The notes: generated by a model not told the origin, from the letters alone. 64,000 nt of DNA from a virus (IMGVR_UViG_3300012953_000012:32001-96000); one strand, 5' to 3'. Numbered from the stretch's first letter, positions 19,381 through 29,805 are shown. Translations and numbers: made by a program.

Positions 19381-20556
19381 ATGAGAATCTTCACCGACAT
19401 CGCCAGCCATGACACGACAGGGGTCGCTCCGGGCGGGCGTATCGTTCGTACCGACTCCACCCCCGTGCAAGGGGAGGAGACCCCGATCAACGGTCAGTGG
19501 GTCTTCCCCGTCCCCGAAGGCGCAGCACTGACGGTGGATTCGACCTCCTTCTGGTTCCCCCAGGAGGACCTCAACTCGATCCCCTCACGAACGGCATCCG
19601 AGTTGCTGATCCGCTACCCGATGTACGACCACATCATCTACAACTTCTACCTCGACAACGGGGACACGGACGCCTTCGATCTGACCAACCCCACGCCGAT
19701 GCCAACAGTTGCGACCACTACCCCGCCGATGCCTACCATCCTGGGGGCCAGCACGGTGCCGCGCTGCCAGTTGGGAGGCCCTACAGGCGCTCCCTCAGTC
19801 GGCATGGTCCCCAACTCCCTGGGAGTCCTGCCTCGGACGGAGGGCCGCCCCAACAACCTTTTCGGCTCGCTCGTCACGGCGATGATCGATCTGTGGTACT
19901 TCAACCCCTGCTACATCGAGGTCAATGATCCGGTCACCCTCAACCCCGGTGACATTGTATCCCTCGACGCCCTCCCTCTTGAGGCGATAGCAGGTGTTCG
20001 CGTCTCTGGCGACGACAACTTCTCTCTGAGCAGCGGAACCGCTGCGGGCATCGCGGCGGACATCGTGGCTGCGATCAACGACCCGCTCAACTCCTTCTCG
20101 ACACTGGTGCTGGCGACGATTGACCCCACGGTCCCGAGCCGCATCCAACTGCGTCCCGTGCCTCCGACCAACACCCAGATCACTGTCGCCGCTGCTGGTG
20201 GGGTCACCGGGTTCACTCTCGTCGAGTCCCATCCTGGCACCGACGAAGTGATGATGTGGTGGAAGATCAACCGCATGACGGTGACCGAGGACCAGGGCAA
20301 CACTCAGGCTACGACCCCGATTGGCAACACCCCAGCCATCAAGAGCCTTGTCGAGATCAATGAGGAAGACCCCGACCTGCTGGTTTACGCCAGCGTGGAT
20401 GACGGAAACTCCTGGTATCGCATCCCCTACCTTGAGCCGATTGACTTGATCAACGCGGGCACCGAGTTGCGGGTAGCATTCATCAACCTCGGCACTGACA
20501 AGATCTATGTCGAGGGCTTCTGCGTCCTGTTCCCTGACCTCTTGCCTCCGCTGTAG
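19381..20556 (+). CDS. Tail/baseplate-associated structural protein
   Basis: In tail operon; shares the GIAADIVAAINDPLNSF module with 8888..12478. Confidence 0.6.
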   Translation: MRIFTDIASHDTTGVAPGGRIVRTDSTPVQGEETPINGQWVFPVPEGAALTVDSTSFWFPQEDLNSIPSRTASELLIRYPMYDHIIYNFYLDNGDTDAFDLTNPTPMPTVATTTPPMPTILGASTVPRCQLGGPTGAPSVGMVPNSLGVLPRTEGRPNNLFGSLVTAMIDLWYFNPCYIEVNDPVTLNPGDIVSLDALPLEAIAGVRVSGDDNFSLSSGTAAGIAADIVAAINDPLNSFSTLVLATIDPTVPSRIQLRPVPPTNTQITVAAAGGVTGFTLVESHPGTDEVMMWWKINRMTVTEDQGNTQATTPIGNTPAIKSLVEINEEDPDLLVYASVDDGNSWYRIPYLEPIDLINAGTELRVAFINLGTDKIYVEGFCVLFPDLLPPL

Positions 20557-20558
20557 CC

Positions 20559-20723
20559 ATGCACCACATCTCCATCCACGACCTGAAAGGCGATGAGCGC
20601 CGCCGCTGGGCAGAGGCCCGCAAGGCCGCCTATCGCAAGGTATTGCGGGATCGGGGGGCGTCTGACCAGCAGCGCAGGGAAGCCCGAGCCAAGTTGAACG
20701 CCATCGACCGCCCTTCCCGGTAG
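20559..20723 (+). CDS. Small basic helical protein, 54 aa (MHHISIHDLKGDERRRW...)
   Basis: Fills the gap between structural genes; read manually. Confidence 0.55.
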   Translation: MHHISIHDLKGDERRRWAEARKAAYRKVLRDRGASDQQRREARAKLNAIDRPSR

Positions 20724-20733
20724 TCCGGCTATC
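20719..20733 (+). promoter_or_regulatory. Class III motif (GGTAG-TCCGG-CTATC)
   Basis: Exact spacing match; 58 nt upstream of the 1785-aa structural gene. Confidence 0.7.
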
Positions 20734-20790
20734 AGGTCCACCGGGGTAAGGGTGAGGCTTGCCTGATCCATCGCTTACGGAGACATAGAC

Positions 20791-23700
20791 ATGGCCCAAG
20801 ACTTCGGAAACGGCGTGAGCCGCACACTGTCGGCCATCCAGCGTCAGTTTCAGACGGTGGTTTGGCAGGCATCAAAGCCCCCGCTCGACTCCGAACTGAA
20901 CCTGATGTCGCAGATGGAGATGAACCGCCTGGCTGAGGTGGTGCGTTCCCAGATGCACTCAGGGTTCCTGTTGGACCCGATGAACGCGGATGCGGACTTC
21001 GTGACCGGCAAGGACTGGTCAAACTGGTTCAAGTTGGGGCGTCCCTCCACCAACGAGGTTGCGCCCATGATGTGGGCCAACGTCAATGGTTGGCTCGTGC
21101 CTGTCACGGGAACTGGGGTGAGCGACGGTGATCCCAGCAACCGGGTCAACCTGTTCCAACCCCCGGCGACCGAAGCGCGGGTGGACTTTGTGTTCCTGGA
21201 GGTCTGGCAGGCCCAGATCGCTCCGAACCCCAGCACGGCAGGCAAGCCCTCAGCCAGCACCATCTACAAGTACGGCAACACTCAGTTTGGCGGGACCAAC
21301 TTCCCGGACGAGATGAAAGACCCCACCATGGGGTTTGAGACCACTGAGCGTGTCCAGATTCAGTACCGCATCCGCACCTACGGCTCGGGAACCGGACTCG
21401 GGGACGCTGTGGACCTCGCACAGTACCCGGACGGCCTCGATGATCCCAACGTGCTCGCACAAGGGGCGATGGCCTCTCCTGTGGTTGGCTACGTCTGGTC
21501 CAACATGGGTGACGAGTTGGGCGACCGTGGACTCTGGCGTTCCGGGACCGGCGACAGCAACAGCCGGACAGACCTCGGCACAGTGGACGGCTACGTCTAC
21601 GCCATTCCGATCTGTGCAGTCTTCCGCCGCAACAGCAGCGCCTTCGTTGCTCGCACTGCTTCGGGGAATGCCAACCAGAACGGCGGCCTCGACAGAAACC
21701 CAGTTTCCGGGACCATCACGGATCCCCTGCAAGCCACCCGGACGTTCACTCCGGTCACCCTGACCAACGCCCTGGCGGCAGACACGACAGGCGTGATCTC
21801 AGTCACCGGGCTGCCCAACTCGGGCCTCGACAACGTGAACATCAACTGGTCCTCCATGGCTCTGGAGATCGGTGGCGAGATCATGGTCATCCAGGCAGTC
21901 AACGCCGCGACGGGCCAGATCCAGATCGCCTCGACCACAGACACCACGAACCCGTGGACCGGCGCACTCCTCACGCCCACGCCAGGTCGGGGGCGCTTCG
22001 GCACCCAGGCCGCGCCTCATGTGGCAGGCAGCCAGATTCACTTCTTCAACTTCCGCCCCGACGCACGCTTCTCAGACGAAATCGCAGCGAGCGACATCCT
22101 GGATCTCCGACGCGGGGTCACAGGTGGCGAGTGGTCTTACGAAGACCTCCTGAAGCACAACCTCGGTCGAGTCCTTGATGGCTCCCTCAAGTCCTCCTAC
22201 AAGCAGGGCAGTGGGACGAACACACAAGGCACTGAGATCATCGAAGTGGACTCCTACATCGGCAAGTACGCCTCCCCCATCCCGAACCAGACGGAGCACC
22301 TGGACGGCTTCGACAGCATCCGTGAGGTCTTCTCGGACAGTGCGGTCGTCCAGAACGATGTCAGCATCTTGCTGAACGTCGTCGGAAACACCCCCACGCT
22401 CTCAACGAACAGTTGGGGCGCTGGCGCACCCTTCACGGTGAGCGGGAGCGTCCCGGCAGGCACGGGATCATCGTGGGAGAACGGTTCGATCATCGAGATC
22501 GACATGGGCAGGGCACGCGAAACCTCCGACACCGAAGCCCCCTTCATGCGCTTCGTGGCCCCTCAGGAGTACTGGCTGTCTCGTGACGAGATGATCGTGC
22601 TCGGGGGAGCACTTCACGGAAGCCAGTCTCCCTTCCTCATGCGCTTCGTTGGTGAGGATGCGGCAACCGGAGCCACGGAACCCTATGCGTGGGCACTTCC
22701 CTCCCCTGCCTATGGGTCGGCGGCGGTGAACCACCCCGGCCCCATGTTCCCGATGGTGGATGGGGGCTTTGAGTACCCTTACATCGTGCTCGGGGGTCTG
22801 GCCAACGGCACAACCCTCCCGGCTGATTCGGCTGCTGTGGTCACGAGCGCCCTACCTGCGGCGGTGGTTGCTCTCGGCATCCCGGCTCTCGACTTCGACT
22901 CCTCTGCCCCTGGTAGCAACTGGTACAACACCAGTGTCGATGATCTCAGCACTGAGGGGATCACGAACCTGCTTCTGCATGGCACCCGGAACCTCTACGA
23001 CCTGCTCACCAACGGCGGGCGTGATCCGTCCGGGGCGTCATCTGAGTTGTACATCACCATGGCCGACTCTACGAACCCAGGCAACAACGGTTGCTTCCGG
23101 GTCATTGGAGCCGGAACCGCAGGCTACACCTGGCACAACGCGCCGGACGGGCAGAGCATTGTCGTCGAGCGTGTGGGAGTCCTCCCAGACGCGATGGTCC
23201 CCACTGCCCAGGTGACGGTGAAGTTCCGCACGCAGTACACGAACACGGCGGACACTGGCATGGCCATTGTCCTCACGGACCTCGCAGGCACTCTGGGAGG
23301 CGCGGCGAACCCATGGGGCGCTGCACCATCCATCTCCGACTCGTACAACGGAGACATGGTGCTCGACACCAGCCTCCTCTACGGCCCTTCACGAGGGGCG
23401 ATGGCTCGGGTTGCTACGCGCCTCGACCGCTTCGCGGCGGTCGCTCCTGCCAGCACGGTCCTTCGTGAAGCCCCTGAGAATATCGACCCCGACAGCGTGG
23501 AGTTCCGCACCCGGACAGGCGTGCCGCAGGACGAGTACTACTATCCAGCGCAGCCCGTCCCCACCTGGAACCGTCTGCCCAGCCTGGGAGCACATGCCCC
23601 CAACGCACCCGCCTACGGTGAGGGTCGCTACAACTTTGAGTCCCGTCGTGAAGCAGAACTCTTCGCAGACGAGGGTTCCAAGTCGGTCATCTTCCGCCCC

Positions 23701-26148
23701 TTCCAACAGTTGGACATGTCCTGGGCGTTGAAGGTCACGGGGACCGATCAGTTGCCTTCCAACTACGACGCTTCCGGCGGCAGCGGCCCTGTGATGGGTG
23801 GCGCTGGTCTGTTCCAGTGGGGGTCCATTATCGGACTGCCTCCTGAGTACATGCCTCGCTTTGGCCGCCAGGACATCCCTGTGCGGGCCACGGCGGGAAC
23901 GAGCGGCCCTTACATCGGCATCAACCACCTGTTTGGAGACTCCGAGACCGCCACCGACGTGGTCCGGGATGTCATCGGTGGAGCCAACACCACGGCCCCT
24001 GCGGTGACCAACTCGATCCTGCGGATCAGCACTGCCCTGGGCATCGACTACGGCGGTTGGAGCGTGGCCGACTCATCCTTCCAAGGACGGCTCTACGAGG
24101 ACGTGAACGCACGGTCTTCGGACATCAACAAACCTCTCCGTGGCATCCAGTTGCCTCCTTACGTCGGCATCGCTCGGGTCTACGGCGTCTACGAGGCTGC
24201 GGACTACGCAGCCAACGGTGGCGCGTGGGAGGACGAAGGCTTCACCTTGAAGACCTCGGGATCCATCGGGACCAACCTGCTCCGCACGGATGCGGACAAG
24301 CAGACGATGTACATCATCAAGGACGGTGCAGCCGATGTCCTCGCAGGACACGACGCGCATACCTACCTGGTCCCTGAGGAAGCCATCGACATCCAGAAGA
24401 TCGCCGGATGGACCTCGGCCTCCACCTTCGCGACCTACGACTACGTCGTCGAGGTCGCCGTCTTCGCGTTCGCAGAAGGCTTCATCAACAAGAACAACTA
24501 CGTCCTGCTCCGCTCGGACGCTGCTGCTGGCCTGGCAGCCAACCTGCTTTCAGGCGGGCGCATGATCATCCCAGCAGCGATGCAGTCCTCTGTGTCGAGC
24601 GGAACAGACGGCTACTCGGCCTTCACCCGGACGGTGTACCAGGGTGACCCCTACATGACCCGCAACGGCCCGACCTTGCAGACGGCGGACTACCAGAACC
24701 GCTATGGCAAGGTCCCCGTGACGGATGCCAACGCGGTCAACGCACCGCTCCAGCAGTACGACACGGACAATGGCCAGATCCCTGAGATCCCCAACGCCCG
24801 CGCTCTGGAAGTGCTGGCCACGGTGGATTTCTGGACCACGCTGGGCACCGGCAAGATGGGCGGTCCTGTCTACACGAGCACCCCCACTGATCCCGGCTAC
24901 CTGACCGCTTCCGGGACTCGCCTCCCGGAGTCTGCGACCCAGAACCCGTGGCAGCCCCACGCCCGAGCATTCTCGACCCCCCAGCCCGCCAGTGCAGGCT
25001 ACGCCTCGATGGGTGTGGTCATGGACAACCGCGCGGTGATGGTTGACCAGGCTGTCGTGATCCGGCGCGGCGACAGTGTGGCTACCTTCGCCTACGCCTC
25101 GTTTACGGGAGCAACCGTCCAGGAAGACATGTCTCTTCTGGCGGCCCTCATCAACTCGTCCGACATCGCGTGGGCGGAAATCGGGGTCTGGGCAGCCGCC
25201 GCAGGACCGACCTGCCGCATCTACGCTCGGATGCCCGGCAAGGAGGGAAGCGAGACCGTCGTGTCGCTGACTCCCGCGACGGGCACCCCGACTGTCATGA
25301 CCGGGCTCCGGTTGACCGTCAACACCACCTACGGTGCGTTGCCAGTCACAGGGTCGGTCCAGACTGTTGCAGCCCTTACCGGCTACACAGAGGTCCCTGC
25401 CAACGCCAAGCAGACGCACAGTGCCCCGACCCCAATGCGCCTCACCGGCATGACTGACCGACTCCCGCTCGGCATCCTGGTGAACGATTCTGACTTCATT
25501 GGCGAAGACCCGCTCCGCAAGGGAATGGCCTACGAGGTCCGCAGCGGTGGTGGTGACCAGTCCACGCAGGCTGTGACCACCTTCTCGGCAGAAGGCCAGG
25601 AGAACACCCGCCTCAGTGGTCCGGGTGGGATCATGGGCATGGCTGATGGGGCAATCCTTCAATACACCGCCTACAACGCTGCCTCAGCCCCCGATGGGGT
25701 CAAGCAGTTCCGCCTCTACCGTGGTGGTGGCTCGGCCTACGTCGTGTCGCCCCAAGCCGCTGGCGGCCCTGTGGACATCATCTCGGGCGGTTTCAGTGAG
25801 GGTGATGATCCTGTGCTGAAAGGTGCTGCTCTGGTCGGTCGGGCCTACCTGGTCCGCAACGGCTACGAGGAAGCGTTCACCGGCAACGTCACTCGGTCCT
25901 ACGGGGACGAGGTACAGATGGTCATTGTGACCAACGCGGTGTACGGCGAGGGTCTCGACTGCGACAGCGGCTACACCCTCGATGGGATCATCAGCCCCAC
26001 CGACTACGGCAAGGGCTACGCGGCATCTGACCGATACCGTCTGGAAGGCAAGCCCCTGGTCAAGAGCCGGGCTGCTCTCCCTGACCCCAACATCCCGCTG
26101 GCTCCGTACCCGCCGGAAGACCCCGCAGACGACGATCCGTGCCCGTGA
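20791..26148 (+). CDS. Large baseplate/tail structural protein (paralog of 8888..12478)
   Basis: KPPLDSELNLMSQ, RVDFVFLEVW, TERVQIQYRIR, DLGTVDGYVYAIPICAVFRRN, DILDLRR blocks. Confidence 0.75.
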   Translation: MAQDFGNGVSRTLSAIQRQFQTVVWQASKPPLDSELNLMSQMEMNRLAEVVRSQMHSGFLLDPMNADADFVTGKDWSNWFKLGRPSTNEVAPMMWANVNGWLVPVTGTGVSDGDPSNRVNLFQPPATEARVDFVFLEVWQAQIAPNPSTAGKPSASTIYKYGNTQFGGTNFPDEMKDPTMGFETTERVQIQYRIRTYGSGTGLGDAVDLAQYPDGLDDPNVLAQGAMASPVVGYVWSNMGDELGDRGLWRSGTGDSNSRTDLGTVDGYVYAIPICAVFRRNSSAFVARTASGNANQNGGLDRNPVSGTITDPLQATRTFTPVTLTNALAADTTGVISVTGLPNSGLDNVNINWSSMALEIGGEIMVIQAVNAATGQIQIASTTDTTNPWTGALLTPTPGRGRFGTQAAPHVAGSQIHFFNFRPDARFSDEIAASDILDLRRGVTGGEWSYEDLLKHNLGRVLDGSLKSSYKQGSGTNTQGTEIIEVDSYIGKYASPIPNQTEHLDGFDSIREVFSDSAVVQNDVSILLNVVGNTPTLSTNSWGAGAPFTVSGSVPAGTGSSWENGSIIEIDMGRARETSDTEAPFMRFVAPQEYWLSRDEMIVLGGALHGSQSPFLMRFVGEDAATGATEPYAWALPSPAYGSAAVNHPGPMFPMVDGGFEYPYIVLGGLANGTTLPADSAAVVTSALPAAVVALGIPALDFDSSAPGSNWYNTSVDDLSTEGITNLLLHGTRNLYDLLTNGGRDPSGASSELYITMADSTNPGNNGCFRVIGAGTAGYTWHNAPDGQSIVVERVGVLPDAMVPTAQVTVKFRTQYTNTADTGMAIVLTDLAGTLGGAANPWGAAPSISDSYNGDMVLDTSLLYGPSRGAMARVATRLDRFAAVAPASTVLREAPENIDPDSVEFRTRTGVPQDEYYYPAQPVPTWNRLPSLGAHAPNAPAYGEGRYNFESRREAELFADEGSKSVIFRPFQQLDMSWALKVTGTDQLPSNYDASGGSGPVMGGAGLFQWGSIIGLPPEYMPRFGRQDIPVRATAGTSGPYIGINHLFGDSETATDVVRDVIGGANTTAPAVTNSILRISTALGIDYGGWSVADSSFQGRLYEDVNARSSDINKPLRGIQLPPYVGIARVYGVYEAADYAANGGAWEDEGFTLKTSGSIGTNLLRTDADKQTMYIIKDGAADVLAGHDAHTYLVPEEAIDIQKIAGWTSASTFATYDYVVEVAVFAFAEGFINKNNYVLLRSDAAAGLAANLLSGGRMIIPAAMQSSVSSGTDGYSAFTRTVYQGDPYMTRNGPTLQTADYQNRYGKVPVTDANAVNAPLQQYDTDNGQIPEIPNARALEVLATVDFWTTLGTGKMGGPVYTSTPTDPGYLTASGTRLPESATQNPWQPHARAFSTPQPASAGYASMGVVMDNRAVMVDQAVVIRRGDSVATFAYASFTGATVQEDMSLLAALINSSDIAWAEIGVWAAAAGPTCRIYARMPGKEGSETVVSLTPATGTPTVMTGLRLTVNTTYGALPVTGSVQTVAALTGYTEVPANAKQTHSAPTPMRLTGMTDRLPLGILVNDSDFIGEDPLRKGMAYEVRSGGGDQSTQAVTTFSAEGQENTRLSGPGGIMGMADGAILQYTAYNAASAPDGVKQFRLYRGGGSAYVVSPQAAGGPVDIISGGFSEGDDPVLKGAALVGRAYLVRNGYEEAFTGNVTRSYGDEVQMVIVTNAVYGEGLDCDSGYTLDGIISPTDYGKGYAASDRYRLEGKPLVKSRAALPDPNIPLAPYPPEDPADDDPCP

Positions 26149-26162
26149 TCGAGGAGTGAGCC

Positions 26163-26696
26163 TTGACCCCACTACAATCACTTGAGCATCTGACAGACAA
26201 GGTTTGGGACTCCTGGTCCGGCGAACGCCTCTCTGGCGGCGTGGGGGAGTTCGACTCCTTCCACGCTCTCGCGTATGACCTCGGGATGGCGATGAACCTC
26301 TCCGACGACATCCCCCTGAGCAACGCTGGCGCGAAGATCTCGCGTTCCGTCCAGTCGTTGGAGAAGCAGACCCGCTCGTGGCGCATGGCTGTGAACCTCT
26401 CTCAAGAGGGGCACGAGATGGACATCGGCAGGTGGGTTGGCGATCTGGAGAAGACGAAGGGCAAGATCATCGCCATCCAGACCGCTCTGGAGAGAGCGGA
26501 GCGGAAGATGCCTTCTGCTCGGGCATCCGGCGAGTACATGAGTTCCGGCCTGGATGCCGACGACTTCAAGAAGGCGTATCTGGCAGGAGAGCACACCAAG
26601 AAGTTGATCGACGAGGCCGTCAAGGCGGCCAGGAAGGTGCCGCGCACCGCCTCGGTGAGCCGCGTTGCCTTTCGCTACGCCTCCAAGAGCATGTGA
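26163..26696 (+). CDS. Helical hypothetical protein with C-terminal RTASVSRVAFRY motif (candidate internal virion protein)
   Basis: Coiled-coil-like; follows the structural gene in the same unit. Confidence 0.6.
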   Translation: MTPLQSLEHLTDKVWDSWSGERLSGGVGEFDSFHALAYDLGMAMNLSDDIPLSNAGAKISRSVQSLEKQTRSWRMAVNLSQEGHEMDIGRWVGDLEKTKGKIIAIQTALERAERKMPSARASGEYMSSGLDADDFKKAYLAGEHTKKLIDEAVKAARKVPRTASVSRVAFRYASKSM

Positions 26697-26723
26697 GTGA
26701 CCCCAAACGGGTACAGGTAGGGC

Positions 26724-27512
26724 ATGACTACACTTCAGCCCTACCGTAGAACTCTCGTCACCAAGGACACCTATGACGCCATGCGTCGGGTGGAGTTGGC
26801 TGCGAAGGAGTACGGCAGCATCCAGGTCGAGTACGACGGGGTGTCTGCCGAGCACGCCTCCTGGGATGGGGTCAAGCAAGACCCTGGCCCTCTGGACCTG
26901 CCTCCTCACTTGTCCATGCGGCCCACGGGCCGTGAGGTCTACTTGAGCCTGGCGGGCCTGGATGATCCCATGCAGCGCCTGGCTGTGCTCTGGAGCATCG
27001 TGGTGCCTCTGGGGTTCATGCCCTGGGACCGCTACCCGGTGCCCTCGGACACGAGCCATGTGTTCCACTACGCCGGGCCATGGTCCACGGTCGCTGATTT
27101 CTTGCACGGGGAGGGGCGTGGTGATCTCGCGTGGCCGTCCATGTGCTGCGCGGCACAGATCGAGGTCGGCAGGTGGGGCGGCAACCACACTACGGAACGC
27201 ACCATCCAGACGCACATGCACCGGCTGGGCATCCACTGTGGGCCTGTGGACGGCAACATTGGCCCGGTCACCATCTCAGCGATGAAGGCCCTCGGCCTCA
27301 GCGGCCTGGAGAGCCTGAAGGCTGCGGAGGCCCTGGTGAACATGAGCACCCCGCCTGTGCGCCCACAAGCACGCCAACAGGGTCATGTCGTCCTCGGTGG
27401 TGTGTCTATGCAAGCCTTCACATCAGGAGGCGTCCACACGGTGGAAACCCGCAACGGCTACGCTCTGACAGTAGACGGGCCGGGACGCTTGATTCTGACT
27501 GTAGGTGAGTGA
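26724..27512 (+). CDS. Peptidoglycan-binding-domain protein with degenerate M15 peptidase-like N-terminus (endolysin-like)
   Basis: IQTHMHRLGIHCGPVDGNIGPVTISAM fits PG_binding_1; SMRPTGREV and SHVFHY lie where M15 SxHxxGxAxD and ExWH motifs would be. Confidence 0.55.
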   Translation: MTTLQPYRRTLVTKDTYDAMRRVELAAKEYGSIQVEYDGVSAEHASWDGVKQDPGPLDLPPHLSMRPTGREVYLSLAGLDDPMQRLAVLWSIVVPLGFMPWDRYPVPSDTSHVFHYAGPWSTVADFLHGEGRGDLAWPSMCCAAQIEVGRWGGNHTTERTIQTHMHRLGIHCGPVDGNIGPVTISAMKALGLSGLESLKAAEALVNMSTPPVRPQARQQGHVVLGGVSMQAFTSGGVHTVETRNGYALTVDGPGRLILTVGE

Positions 27513-28162
27513 TGAAGACCAGCAGCGTCCCCTTGTACTTCCCGGACGGCATCCCCGAGTCGGTGCAGCGCATTGTGGACCCGGACCAGATCCACAAGTT
27601 GGTCGCAGTAGGTCTGAAAGGCATGGAGGACGACTGGTCGAGGCTGGGCAAGAAGGCAGACGAGGTGACACGGGGAGTCCGACCCTGGTGGAAGCGTCTG
27701 TTCGGAGACTCCCTGGAAGTGGATGTCGCCCATGTGATGAACGCGCTCTACAGGCCGATGAAAACGTGGCCCGGCAATCTCACCGCCGAGCAAAAGGACG
27801 ACCTCAACATCATCCGCTACCTGCGGCAGTACGTCGCGGCGGACAACTACCGCCTCACCTCCGTGCAACGCGCCCACCCACCGGGCGAAGACGAGATGGC
27901 TAAGGCATTCAAGATGCTCGCCAAGGACGCCCGCCCCGTCGCGGATCGGGTTGAGGACGTCTTCCAGAGGATGATCACCGATGTGGGGGAGGACATTGAA
28001 CCTCTCTGTGAGGCTGTCTACGGAGAGGAGTGCCCGCCTGGTGAAGGTGAGCGCGTGGCGATGGCGGATGTCCGTGATCTGGTCCGCATCGGCAGGTTCC
28101 CTTCGATGACCCCCACAGGGACCAGAGTCATGAAAGCCCTCTGGACTGCTATCCACCGCTGA
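27512..28162 (+). CDS. Hypothetical protein
   Basis: Long ORF with phage codon bias, overlapping upstream stop. Confidence 0.7.
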   Translation: MKTSSVPLYFPDGIPESVQRIVDPDQIHKLVAVGLKGMEDDWSRLGKKADEVTRGVRPWWKRLFGDSLEVDVAHVMNALYRPMKTWPGNLTAEQKDDLNIIRYLRQYVAADNYRLTSVQRAHPPGEDEMAKAFKMLAKDARPVADRVEDVFQRMITDVGEDIEPLCEAVYGEECPPGEGERVAMADVRDLVRIGRFPSMTPTGTRVMKALWTAIHR

Positions 28163-28164
28163 AC

Positions 28165-28193
28165 GGGGGGCAGCGGCGACACCTTGTCGGGTA
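28165..28193 (+). promoter_or_regulatory. Class II promoter-like motif GGGGGG-N17-CGGGTA
   Basis: 21 nt between end of G-run and TA; upstream of SNF2 helicase. Confidence 0.65.
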
Positions 28194-28208
28194 CTCCTAC
28201 TCACAGGA

Positions 28209-29801
28209 GTGATCCCGATGCCTACCGTCCATGAACGACTGAAGGAAGTCCGCGAGCGACAAGACCTCGCCCTTCCCTGCCCGCCAAACTTCCGAGAGAC
28301 CTTCCTCAAACGCGATGGGAGCGAAGCACCGCTGGTGTTGCGTCCCTACCAGCAGCAGATGGTCGTCCACCTCATGGCGATGAAGCGGTTCGTGGTCGGT
28401 GACGACTGCGGACTGGGGAAGACCATCGAGAGCATCGCTGCGTTGTGCCAGTTGTGGAAGCGTGATCCCGACATGAAGGTGATCGTCCTCACGAAGAAAT
28501 CCAGCGTGCCTCAGTGGGAGTCCGAGTTTGAGCGGTTCACGACTGGGGTCAATGTGTTCATGGCGGTGGGGACTCCGAAGAAGCGGGCGAAGGCACACGA
28601 CGCCTGGGAGCAATCCACAGGCCCGACTGTGCTGATCCAGGGCTACTCGTCCGCGTGCAACGACTTCGGCACCCTCCAGCACTGGGAGGGCTACACCTTG
28701 ATCATGGACGAGGTGACGGTGGTGAAGACCCCAACCACCCGCGTCCACAAGATCTGTCGCCACTATGGTGGTCAGGCAGACCGGGTGTGGGGGCTCACGG
28801 CGACGTTGATCAAGAACAACCTCATGGAGGGCTACGGCATCTACAAGGTCGTGGTCCCGACGCTGTTCCCCATGTCGAAGAACGGCTTCATGAACAACTA
28901 CTGCATCACCCGGATGCAGCGGGTCGCGAACGGACGCCAGGTGCCGATGATCGTCGGCTACAACGCACGAGACATCGAACGGTTCCGGGATGAGATCGAC
29001 CACTACTACCTGGGCCGCCCGAAGCACCTGGTCGCCAAGGACCTTCCGGTGCTGACCACGAAGACCGTGCGTGTCGGCCTCACGAAGTTTCAACACGAGA
29101 AGTACCAGGAAGCCCTGTCCGGGCTGCTGGAGTTGGGCGACGGGGACGAGCGGGAGACGACCCAGTTGACCGCGTTGATCTACTGCCAGGAGATCGTGAA
29201 CCACCCCGCGCTGATCGAGTACCCCGACTACACCTCCGAGAAACTGGACGCCCTGCTGGACATGGTGACCGAGGGTGGCGACCTGCATGATCAGAAGGTC
29301 ATCGTGTTCACCCGGTTCAAGGAGATGGTCAACACGGCGATGCCCGTGCTGGAGAGGGCCAAGATCAAGTGCGTCCGGGTCACGGGTGACGAGAACGAAG
29401 CCCAGCGCAAGGCGGCCATGAACGCCTTCCAGGACCCCAACGACGACACGCGAGTGATCTTCATCACCATGGCTGGCGGCGATGCCATCAACCTCCAGGC
29501 TGCGAAGGCGATGGTCTTCTACGACAGCCCCTGGTCGGCTGGCGACTACCTCCAGATCGTGGGGCGCATGATCCGCATCGGGTCGGATCACGACGCCTGC
29601 TACGCCATCCACCTGGTGTGCAGGGACACCATCGACGAGCGGGTGCAACAGGTCGTCCGCAAGAAGATGGGCCTGATTGAACAGGTGCTCGGTGAACGGG
29701 TCAAGGGAAACAAGGGCGAGGACGTGGTATTCAAGGCCGGGTCCGAGGTCCGGGACATCTTTGACGCCATGGTGCAGGACGCTCGACCGGGAGGGGGGTG
29801 A
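28209..29801 (+). CDS. SNF2-family (SF2) helicase/ATPase
   Basis: LRPYQ, GDDCGLGKT (Walker A), IMDE (Walker B), GLTAT, GGDAINLQAA, QIVGRMIRIG. Confidence 0.92.
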   Translation: MIPMPTVHERLKEVRERQDLALPCPPNFRETFLKRDGSEAPLVLRPYQQQMVVHLMAMKRFVVGDDCGLGKTIESIAALCQLWKRDPDMKVIVLTKKSSVPQWESEFERFTTGVNVFMAVGTPKKRAKAHDAWEQSTGPTVLIQGYSSACNDFGTLQHWEGYTLIMDEVTVVKTPTTRVHKICRHYGGQADRVWGLTATLIKNNLMEGYGIYKVVVPTLFPMSKNGFMNNYCITRMQRVANGRQVPMIVGYNARDIERFRDEIDHYYLGRPKHLVAKDLPVLTTKTVRVGLTKFQHEKYQEALSGLLELGDGDERETTQLTALIYCQEIVNHPALIEYPDYTSEKLDALLDMVTEGGDLHDQKVIVFTRFKEMVNTAMPVLERAKIKCVRVTGDENEAQRKAAMNAFQDPNDDTRVIFITMAGGDAINLQAAKAMVFYDSPWSAGDYLQIVGRMIRIGSDHDACYAIHLVCRDTIDERVQQVVRKKMGLIEQVLGERVKGNKGEDVVFKAGSEVRDIFDAMVQDARPGGG

Positions 29802-29805
29802 TGGA

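Noticed and set aside
8888-26148. Diversity-generating retroelement acting on tail genes
   Set aside because: No reverse transcriptase and no near-identical template/variable repeat pair differing at adenines in the window; the similarity reflects old paralogy
8858-26713. Isolated CGGGTA hexamers upstream of genes at 8858, 20742 and 26708 as class II promoters
   Set aside because: No G-run 21-22 nt upstream of the TA; left uncalled
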